A DNA stretch of 64,000 nt. It comes from Scyliorhinus canicula. Taxonomy: Eukaryota. Location: contig NC_052158.1 of assembly GCF_902713615.1 (NCBI RefSeq), forward strand, positions 42,433,159 to 42,497,158, read 5' to 3'. The notes beneath the pieces were generated by a model, which was not told where the DNA came from, did not search any database, and saw only the letters and a list, made by a program, of their open reading frames with translations. The position numbers and the translations under genes were made by a program. Positions 35,201-45,148 of the stretch are shown here, piece after piece (within the stretch, counting starts at the first letter, position 1; every line of letters begins with the position of its first letter).

Positions 35201-36131
35201 CTATCGTTCCAACACCCTGATCCACTCCTCAGTACCCTCCCTCCCATTGCACCTTTCCACGCAAGCACAGCAGATAGAACACCCGCCCTTTTACCTCCTC
35301 CCTCCCGTAGGCCCACTCGTTCCAGGTGACACAGTGATTTACCTGTATTTTGCTAAATTTAGTGTACTGTAATTGCTACTCACAATGCAGTCCGCCCTTC
35401 ACGCACACTGAGTGATGGCTTTTCAGAACATTTCTGTTCAGTCCAGTGAGGGGAACACAACCTTTGATGGCCCTTCTCTAGTTTATTCTAATCCACCGGA
35501 CGTGGTTTGATTCATTAATACAACTGAGGCTTGAGTTGAGTCAGCCTATCAAGTCTGTTCTGTCATTGAATATGATCGTGCCCAATCTTCTGCCTCAACT
35601 CCAATTTCCCACACTGTCCCCATATTCTTTGATTCATTGAGAAATTAAAAATGTCTCTGTCAAAGGCTTGAATATACTTGATGATGAAGCATCCACAATT
35701 CTTTAAGGTAAAAAAATCACCAGAGCTTCACAGACCTCTGGAAGTGAAGGAGTTCCTCCTCGTCTTCGGTGATCAACTTATTTTCCTGAGACTGTGTCCT
35801 AGATTCCCCAGAGAGGGGTAACAAAATCTCTGTTGACCCATGTTTAATCATGTGATTCCCAGTTTGGTGGAAAATAAACTGAATGGACTGTGGTCTTTAT
35901 CATGCTTCCAATTACAGGAAGCCTCTGCTTCCTGTCTCCAGACACTGGATTTATGAAGAGGGGACTATCAAGACCAGTTTTGTAGCAGTCATTCTTAATC
36001 CATCTCAGTTTAGAAGGATACTGATAGAGGGCACAACCTCTATCTTATGCTAATCCAGTGTTGGTGCTGAATGTGTTTCCATTGACTAATGTAACTGAAG
36101 CTCTGGGTTTAGCCATCGTGCGTAACAGACT

Positions 36132-36176
36132 CTGAGCAACAGATGACAAATTGATATGGGAAAGATCCTATTGGTT
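36132..36176 (+). promoter_or_regulatory. MHC class II-type X-Y module B
   Basis: CTGAGCAACAGATG (36132-36145), 21-nt spacer starting ACAAA, CCTATTGGTT (36167-36176); same architecture as module A. Confidence 0.6.
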
Positions 36177-37590
36177 AGTTGGGACGATACTGACCCACAT
36201 ACTAGTTACAGGTGGGATGGTGTCATTTCCAAATGGAAACTGTTGTTTTGTGGTTAGTTCCCTTTCTGACAGTGAATCTGTTACTCTATAACAGACAAGA
36301 ACAAACACATGCTAATTTAGACATGAATGCAATGTTGTTTGGACCAGTCTCATGTGCTGAACCAAAGTTCCTATTTTCTCTCATTTTTACTTCCCCATAC
36401 CAGCAAAAGAGGATTCGAAATCAGAAGTGTTGGCGTATGTAAAGGGGAGGGGGTGTTATTTTCAATAAACCTGCTCTGCAATTAAAGTCGATTTTCAGGG
36501 TTGTGTTGAGTTGTTTGATGCTGTAGATACTCACTGATGTAAAACTGCCCTAGCCCGTGCTCTTTACAGACCCTACTACCTGCTGGGTGTTATCCTCGTT
36601 AATCTCCTCTTACCCTGCTACCTGAGCCATCTCGGTCTCTGCGATTGGATTAGTTCTTATATCCCTGCAGAATATCTGTTCGCTTGTTAATAAGACTTTG
36701 TCATCCAGGACCGTATTGAGGATGATTGAATTGAAATCATGGCATTGGGGAAAGATTGGCTGATGCGTCAACCAGTCAACCATTTCTCTCTTAATGATAC
36801 CTTCAGTTATCTGCTCTGCCCAGATCATTGCAGCAATGCCGTGGTCTTTATCACCAATACACCTTTCCTCTATTTCTCTGATGACATCTCCTCACCTTTT
36901 TCCATCTCTTCAGTTGTTGCCCTCTAAACCCCACCTCAGGTTTCTCTCTGAGGTATCCTCACCTCTCTCACCTTCTGCACTGTGACACCTTATTGTCAGT
37001 GGTTCAAACCACTCTGCAAATTCACTCTCTGTCCTGATTTTTCTTCCTCCTGTCCTCCATTAACCTCTTCCTGCAGAAAAACTCAAACTCTCCAGTCATA
37101 TTCACAACCAACATTTTGAAGTTGTCTTTCCCATGGCACCTTTATTCTCACAGATGATGCAGTCTCTGAACATCACATTCTTAGCAATCTCATCCAAACC
37201 ATTGCTTTTAATATCTCCCAGAAAAAAAGCTCCCCCCAAATCACTTACAACAGCACTTAAACTTCCAACTCTTTTTTTACCCTCTATTTATCTTAATATT
37301 TCTGCCTTTGTTATTCTAACCTTTGCTCTCTTCCCACCTGGGTATTGCTCTGATACCTGTTCATTGGAATATCAGACCGCACATTTGAGCATATCTGGTA
37401 CAGGACTGGGTTAACCATCATCAACAGATCTTGTTGAACCCCAACTCCTTCTGTGGGGCTTTACCTCTCAATGCATAATCCTACTGATCACTTTTGGATT
37501 GTCCTTGGGAACAAGGATAAGCACTGAATACTCTAATCTAAACTATTTCTTAAACCCCTCTCCCCACTGAAGATTTCCTTGTCACCAAGA

Positions 37591-37815
37591 TTTTTAAAAA
37601 TAAATTTAAGAGTACCCAATTCTTTTTTTGCAATTAAGGGGCAATTTAACGTGGCCAATCCTACCCTGCACATCTTTGGGTTGTGGGGGTGAAATCCACA
37701 GAGTCAACGGAAGAATGTACAAACTACACACAGACAGTGACCCAGGGCCAGGATCGAACCCGGATCCTCGGTGCCCGGAGGCAGCAGTGCTAACCACTGC
37801 ACCACCAAGCCGCCC
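37591..37815 (-). mobile_element. Short HE1-like SINE with A-rich tail
   Basis: Minus-strand head GGGCGGCTTGGTGGTGCAGTGGTTAGC. Confidence 0.82.
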
Positions 37816-39206
37816 TAGGAGTCCTTGTTGTCGAGATGCTCCAGGGATGAGCGGAGGCCCAGGGAGACAGTGCCTGCTGTGGACCGGTTGTGGTGGTATA
37901 CGACTTTCAGTGATCAAGGCATTCTGGGAGTATGGAGTTGATGTGTCTCATGACCAACCTCTCGAAGCACTTCATAATGCAACATAGAGCACTTCATAAA
38001 CCAATGCGCCACTGTGCTGCCACCCCCCCTGCCACTCGCTAAACGTCATTCAATCTGCTGCCTCTGTGTCCTATCTCCCTTTCCCCATCCCATCAGGTGA
38101 AAAGAGAAAAGATTAACCACAGCCATGCAGGTTAATTCCAGATTTGACTATTCCACTGCTCCGCTGACCTGTCTCCCATCTTTCATAAATTTTAGCTCAA
38201 CCAAAAATATCCTGAGGGAACCTCTCCAACAATAACTTCTGTTTCTGCCCCAATGGAGTTATTCCTGGAGTTCCTCGGAGAATCTATCCTTGACCTCCTC
38301 CCATTTCTGACCCACACGGGTTTTACTGGAGACCCCGATCTGTAGGTAAAGATGGTGATGCTGAGCACCAAGACCATGGGCGGGACCCTGTTCCTCCGCA
38401 CCCGTGTTCTGGTGTGGTGCCCCCCCGACGGCAGCGGGATCCTCCATCCTGCCAGCCGGCCAATGAGGTTTCCCATTGTGGGCACTCCCATGCCGTCGGG
38501 AAATCCGTGGGCGTGAGTGCGATGCCGGCGAATCGGAGGGTCCCGCTGACGAAGAATCCAGCTCCATAAATATGATGGAGTTGAAAAAGGGAAACAAAAG
38601 GCAGAGTAGGCAATTCATCAACCCTGAGCTTTTCCTGAACAATAGATTGTGGCTCAAACTCCACTTTCCTGTCTTTTCCCTTAACTCTTGATCCCTTTTA
38701 ATTCTTGATCCCTTGTATTCATAAGTGATGTTTAACTCACACAAATATATTTAGCGGTCCACTAAGCTACACAGCTCACTGTGGGAAAAAAACTCCAAAG
38801 GCCAACAAGCCTCTGAGAAGAAATTCCTCTTCAATTACATCTTCAAATGGAGACTTCCTATTTTGAAACTATGGCTCCCAATTCTACATTTCCTCAGGAG
38901 GGGAAATATCATCTGAGCATCTCTCCTGTCAACCATCCCCTCCACCTCAGGACGTTAAATGTTTCAATAAGATCACCTCTGAAACCCAACTGAATATAGG
39001 CTCAGTGACTGACCCAGGAACCTCAAGTCAGGCCCATTCAGTAAAGCAATCCAATCAGTGCATTGGTCAGTATAAGCTTACTTTTACTTGAGATTATTGA
39101 CCTGCAAACTATATACTCAGTCAATACTTGTAGAAACTACCCAGGCATATGGAGTTTGAGACAATGTCCAGTTATTTCAACAGAATTCCTTAGGTATGGG
39201 ATAGTC

Positions 39207-39212
39207 TTTAAT
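39207..39212 (-). terminator. Candidate polyadenylation signal (ATTAAA) of the MHC class II beta gene
   Basis: ATTAAA on the minus strand about 470 nt after the stop codon, following an AU-rich stretch with ATTTA motifs (about 39250-39320). Not verifiable without transcripts. Confidence 0.3.
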
Positions 39213-39680
39213 CAAACTGGTTCCACAATGACAGACAAATTAAGATTAAAATGTTATTAAATCATAATCTCCATAAAATCATTTACAAATGCAGAATTTG
39301 ACATGTAAATAAAAGTAGATTTCAAAAAATTTACAACAAGGCGAAGGCTGAATACACAGACAAAGAAATGTTAGAACAGTAAGGAAGTACACCCAGCATT
39401 GATCCCTGTATCTCACCTCTGGGCGGAGTGTCAGTCACTCATGACTCAGGTTAACAGTGAGCTGCACACTGATCATATTTCTATGTATTTAACATGATAA
39501 ACAAGCTGGTGTAAAAATATCCCATAACTGCATAAAGTTAATCGCAAGCAATCAAAAGCCAAGGTCAAGCAGCCGTAGTCTCTCTGGATACTGAGTTGGG
39601 ATGAGTTAAAGGTGCATTTTAAAGCTGTTTCATCCTGTCTTTCATCCCGAAGTCTGATCACATCCATGAGACTGGATCGG

Positions 39681-39706
39681 TTAACTGACAGCTGGACCCA
39701 TCAGAC
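39681..39706 (-). CDS. mhc2b: MHC class II beta chain, terminal coding exon (..R-LMGPAVS*)
   Basis: ctttgtttcag|GT CTG ATG GGT CCA GCT GTC AGT TAA; phase 1 matches the upstream exon ending in C (C|GT = Arg). Confidence 0.85.
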
Positions 39707-40451
39707 CTGAAACAAAGATTACCAGGGTTAGAAAGTACAGAGCCCATTTTGGTACATAGCTCCAAACTACACATGGGTCAGTCTACAATTAACCTCAATG
39801 TGCAGATAAAGATGGCTAGTCAGACAGTACACACTGGCATAGAGCAAACCTATATACTAGAGTAATTGATTGAAAACCTCTTTGGAGTTGAATTGTACAA
39901 CTCAAATGATCAAGGTTTCAAACATGGGTAGAGGTCTGTATTGTTCAGGCTTGAGAAAGTATCACCATAGTTCCCATCACAGGCTACCTGACCTGCCTTA
40001 TTTTTACATAATTGCAGAGATAGGACTGGTGGAAACAGGGTTACGCACGGGCTTCATCAACACTGTTGAGGATGCAAGTAACACCTTAACCAGCAGTGAA
40101 GGTCCATGTTAAGAGTTTGGGACAGACCCAATTCCAAATCAGTGCAGAGGGAGCTTTAACAAAAACAGAACATGCTGGATTAATTCAACAGGTCTGGCAG
40201 CATCTGTGGAGAGGGAAACAGAGTGAATGTTTCGGATCTAAGAACTGAAACAAGATAGAAATGTAAAGAAATATATAACTGGAAAGGGGGCAGAATAAAA
40301 GATTGGGATTGGTCAGGGAACAGGAGATGTGGACAAATTTGTCTTGGATGTAAGATAAAGTGGTGTGTTAATGGTGTCATTAAGGGATGAGGAGTGTTAA
40401 TGGAGAGAAAATGGGAGATGGCAGAATGTTATGGGAGCAACTGAGCTGCCA

Positions 40452-41011
40452 GGGACAGTGGCCAACTGGGGGAGGAGTGGGATAGGCCAGGGACAGTGGC
40501 CAATAGGGAGAGGAGTGGGATAGGCCAGGGACAGTGGCCAACTGGGGGAGGAGTGGGATAGGCCAGGGACAGTGGCCAAGTGGGGGAGGAGTGGGATAGG
40601 CCAGGGACAGTGGCCAAGTGGGGGAGGAGTGGGATAGGCCAGGGACAGTGGCCAAGTGGGGGAGGAGTGGAATAGGCCAGGGACAGTGGCCAAGTGGGGG
40701 AGGAGTGGGATAGGCCAGGGACAGTGGCCAAGAGGGAGAGGAATAGGATAGGCCAGGGACAGTGGCCAAGAGGGAGAGGAGTGGGATAGGCCAGGGACAG
40801 TGGCCAAGTGGGGGAGGCTAGGGACAGTGGCCAAGTGGGGGAGGAGTGGGATAGGCCAGGGACAGTGGCCAAGAGGGAGAGGAGTGGGATAGGCCCGGGA
40901 CAGTGGCCGTGGGAGAGGAGTGGGATAGGCCAGGGACAGTGGCCAAGAGGGAGAGGAGTGGGATAGGCCCGGGACAGTGGCCAAGAGGGACAGGAGTGGG
41001 ATAGGCCAGGG
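40452..41011 (+). repeat. G-rich minisatellite, about 15 x 38 bp (GGGACAGTGGCCAAGTGGGGGAGGAGTGGGATAGGCCA), in the last MHC IIB intron
   Basis: Unit starts at 40452, 40490, 40528, 40566, 40604, 40642, 40680, 40718, 40756, 40794 (27-bp short unit), 40821, 40859, 40897 (36 bp), 40933 and 40971. Confidence 0.95.
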
Positions 41012-41129
41012 AGCAGAAAAATAACCGACGGAAAACTACAATTACCTCAATGTGTAGATAAGAATGGCTAGACAGACAATACATACTGGCAAACAGCAAA
41101 ACAATATATTATGGAAGGGAGGGGGAAAG

Positions 41130-41930
41130 TTACTGTCTAAAATAGTTGAAATCAGTGTTGAGCCCATAGGCTGTAATGCGCTTAAAATCGGAAGATGAGG
41201 TATTGTTCTTCCAGTTTGCGCTGGAATTCACTGGAACATTGCAGCAGTCCAAGGAGGGACATGTGGGCTTGAGAGCAAGATGATGAGTTAAAATGGTAAG
41301 TAACCAGAAGGTTGGGGTCTAATTGCAAACAAAGCAAAGATGTTCAGCTAAGCAGTCGCCCAGTCTGCATTTAGTCTTCCCAATGTACAGGAGACTGCAT
41401 TGGGAGCGAATACAGTAGACTAGATGGGAGGAGGTCAAAGTGAAATGCTGTAACACCTGAAGGGGTATTTGGGGCCTTGGACAGTGAGGAAGTAAAGGAA
41501 CGATTACAAGGGAAGGTGGCATGGGAAGATGGTGAAGGGTTCAGGGCAATGGACGCCCATGATGTCGCGGAGGGAGTGGTCCCTGCAGAATTCTGACAGC
41601 GTGTAGTAAGGGGAAGATGTGTTTAGTGATGGCATCATGCTGGAGTTGGTGGATGATGATCCTTTGAATACAGAGGCTGGGGAGAAAACAGTGAGGCCAA
41701 GAGGGAGGCCCCGGACTATCCCCAGTCTTTTATTCTGCCCCAACTCCTCCGCCCCTTTTCAACTGTATAATTCTGTGCATTTCGACCTCTTCAGCTCTGC
41801 AGAAGGACATTTAGATCTAAAACATTGACGCTGCTTCGCCCCACAGATGCTGCCAGACCTGCTGAGTTTATTCAGCATTCTCTGCTTTTGTTTCACATTT
41901 CCAGCATCCACAGTATTCTGCTTTTTTTGA
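41130..41930 (-). mobile_element. Penelope-like element remnant (GIY-YIG endonuclease)
   Basis: Minus ORF 41319-41522 contains LVYCIRSQCSLLYIGKTKCRLGDCLAEHL, a GIY-YIG-type signature of Penelope-like elements. Boundaries approximate. Confidence 0.7.
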
Positions 41931-42075
41931 GGGGAACTTTACTTTGTTCTGTAGCTGTCCCAGGTAATGCTTGCTGGGAATGCTGTCATATTAAAAAAAA
42001 GTTCTGATTGTCAGAACTGGTTTGAGTGCTCCCACACGTAAGAGATCTAAAATAATGATTTTTTGGGATACTTAC

Positions 42076-42105
42076 GTGGGCCGTGACTGCTGGAATCCAG
42101 GATGG
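42076..42105 (-). CDS. mhc2b: MHC class II beta chain, 30-nt cytoplasmic exon (A-ILDSSSHGP)
   Basis: ctttctcttgcag|CC ATC CTG GAT TCC AGC AGT CAC GGC CCA C|gtaagt; strong sites, phase 1-1. Confidence 0.88.
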
Positions 42106-43930
42106 CTGCAAGAGAAAGTAGACACTGTTAGTTCACCAGAATCAGAATGGGTTTAAATCTTACTCTACAACTTGAGCAGAGGCTAATATTCAGATGCAGT
42201 GTTGAGGATTGAAGCACAAAGTGCTGCCTTTGGCATGAGGCGTGAAATTGAAGCCCCCTCTGCCATCAGTTGGACAGAACAGATCCAATGGCAAGATTGT
42301 GAAGAGCGGGAGGGTCATCCCTGGTGTTCTGACCAATACTTAATCCTCATGTTACAGGCAGATTACCCATCTGGGAGTTTGCTGTGTGCAAATTGCTTGT
42401 CCCATTTCCAAAATGACAAATTAAAAAGTAAATTTCACTTTAAATTGCCAATACTACTGGCAATTTAGTGAAATTTACTTTTATTTAATGTGTCATTTGC
42501 CTGTTAATATTTTAGGTTTGATGGCTATGGCTGTAGAAGAATATGTTGTGCAAGACCTATCACCCCTCAGGATATGTGGCGTTAAGGGTAGATGGAACTG
42601 TTCCCATCAGTGAAAGGATCAAGAACCAAAAGGACACAGATTTGAAATAATTGACAAAAGAAGCAAACAAAGTGATACAGGGAAAAACTTCACGTATTAA
42701 GTGGCTAAGGTCTGGAATGTACCACCCGAGTGTTGTGAAGCCAGGTTTAATTAAGTATTCAAAAGGGAATGGGATTGTTATCTGAAAAAGGAGAAGGCAG
42801 GAGAAGTGGATTGCTCAGAGTGCCAATGCAGACATGATGGGCTGAATGGCCTCCTTCTGCACTGTAAAATTCAGATTCTGTAATGGCAGCTGCCATGTCC
42901 CATGACCCTCTATTTCCCAGCTGTAGATGCAGTTACTTTACTCAATTCCAATGTTCCTTCAGACAGTGGTCTCAGCACACCAGATTTCCATAGGTCCCTA
43001 AAAGGCAGACAGATCAAGGATTCTGCCTTTGTTTTACTTCACCAGTTGTATCTCTACTTACCACCTCAGTTTTCTAGAACCCAAAGTTTCATAGTTCCAG
43101 TGGTGACCAGCATAGTCCAATTCACATGTTAGCTGCTTGCTGCATTTTGTGTTTTTCTTCCACAAAGGGAACTAATAAACCTCCAACACCATATTGAATT
43201 CAGGGTCTCCTTTCCCGTGCACTGATCAGCTCTGAACTTCTACTGTTGTCTGTTCACAATTCTTCATTTCAGTGAGGTTCAGGTTGTTTGCAATATTTAT
43301 AATATAATCAGTGTCTGATTACATTGCAATTTAATGTAGTTGTGATTTCATTGAAAATCATATATCATAGAATTTACAGTATAGAAGGCGACCATTTGGC
43401 CCATCGAGTCTGCACCGGCCCTTGGAAAGAGTACCCTACCTAAGGCCAAACCTCAACCCTATCCCCATAACCCAGTAACCCCACCCAAACTTTTTTGACA
43501 TTAAGGGCAATTTAGCATGGCCAATCCACCTGTCCTGCACATCTTTGGAAAATGTAAACTTAAATCAATGCATAGAATACATGTGCCTATTGGTACAGGG
43601 CCAACTATACATTAACTTATAACCTGGGTTACTATTACATATTCAGTTTGTGAAGGACAATTTGGAAATACCCTATATTCCACTAACAACTTTAATAGTC
43701 CGAAAACCTTTCTGAAGGCAGGCATTTTGAATGTGCTCTGGACTTCTATAACTGATCTTGGGTGTTTCTCTTCCTATCCAATATTGCACCAAGACTCAAG
43801 CCCAGTGCAAGGATTTTAACCTTACTTGTGGTAACAATGTTCAACTTTAGATTTGCCAAGGTCCGAAGCCAGGAAGAATTTAATATTTGTGCCCCCCCCC
43901 TCCCCTTCTGGAGACTGAACAGAACCTTAC

Positions 43931-44047
43931 CTTTAGCATTCTTCAGTCTTATTATGACTCCAGCCAGCAGGATGATAAATCCAATTCCAAATCCCAGGGC
44001 TCCAACAATGATCTTGGGTTTATCCGATTCAGTTGTGCTCCCTACCT
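43931..44047 (-). CDS. mhc2b: MHC class II beta chain, connecting peptide/transmembrane exon
   Basis: gtgtacag|AG GTA GGG ... AAT GCT AAA G|gtaagg; encodes EVGSTTESDKPKIIVGALGFGIGFIILLAGVIIRLKNAK with the class II beta TM glycine pattern. 117 nt, or 111 nt with an alternative AG at 44043-44042. Confidence 0.93.
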
Positions 44048-45148
44048 CTGTACACGTGAAACAATGCAAGTGTTAGAGCTCTATTGAAATAGAGAGAATC
44101 CAAAACCACATCACCAGGGTGCTGGATTCAATTTTAGGTTTTCGTTCAAACCAAAATCACATCCAAGGACAAAGGGGAGCTGATAGGCAGCAGAGCGTGT
44201 CTGCCAGGTTAGTTCACAACAAGAAGTGGAAAACTGGGAATGGATGAAGTGCTGACTGCACTAAACCTTCAGCAGTGTTCCTACACAACTCATCAGTTGT
44301 CTGAATCCCAACAAGGTACAGAGTTGTTTAAATATTTACATCTTTTCCAAGTGATACAGGTCCCTGTGAAAGTGAATGTCAAAGGGGAAATTTCAGTGTT
44401 CTCAGATTGTGTGATCATGATATGGAACGACCGGGTTGAGCTAGAAGCTGGTCATTTCTCGATTTGACCCCTAGCCACATGCCAGAATAGACAACGACAA
44501 GAAGCTCACTGCTAAACTTTCCATTTCATGGAGCATTAGCACCGGGGAAGATGGGAGCTATCCCATCAGGATAGGTTACACTGGACCAAGAAGGGAGCTA
44601 ATGGAATTGAAATGGGGAAAAAAGGATAAAGATCTGGGAAAATAAAAGCAAATTTGCAAAGTAGAAAGTTTATCCAGAATAATAAAACAGCAACAAAGAT
44701 GAAATGCAGGAAAATAAATCATTTGGTTCTCAGCAGGGAAAGACATTTTAAAAAGGAAGGAAAAAATATAAGTCGGGGACCAGGAGCAGTGCTGCACATG
44801 AGTAAAGGTGTTATATACTGCAATGATTGGCTGTTGTGTACTGCGATTGGAAACATGTACGTAACAGCATAAAGAAAATAGGTAAAACATTGCGTTAAAA
44901 TATTTTAGGGACAGAATAAGCAATGGAGGAGTCAATATACATGTGGGAGGGAATTTATGCTGCATCACTGATTGACAGACATAAGGGACGAGATCTTCCG
45001 GCTGTTCATGCCAGCAGGATAATCTGGAGCCGCCAACAGCACCCCCCCATCGTGGGTTTCCTGGCAGTGTGGGAATGGTTCAATGGGAAAGCCTATTGAC
45101 AGCAGTGGGTCCAAAAATCCTGCACAAGACGCAGCAACACTTATACAC

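Noticed and set aside
36755-36770. ATTGGC-TGATGCGTCA (Y-like plus X2/CRE-like)
   Set aside because: Wrong order and spacing and no X1 box; not counted as an X-Y module.
1-39000. A linked MHC class II alpha gene or other host gene downstream of the beta gene
   Set aside because: No alpha-1/alpha-2 or other recognisable coding exons were found by eye in the non-repeat gaps; very short or diverged exons could have been missed.
40380-41099. Long Pro/Leu-rich ORFs (MATVPGLSHSSP.. repeats)
   Set aside because: Translation artefacts of the 38-bp minisatellite.
43050-43080. Strong minus-strand donor AGGTG|GTAAGT in intron 4 as an alternative cytoplasmic exon
   Set aside because: The nearby acceptors I tried give an immediate in-frame stop, and the 42076-42105 exon already explains the tail.
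44270-44305. Minus-strand X-like CAGACAACTGATG
   Set aside because: No ATTGG at 19-21 nt downstream.
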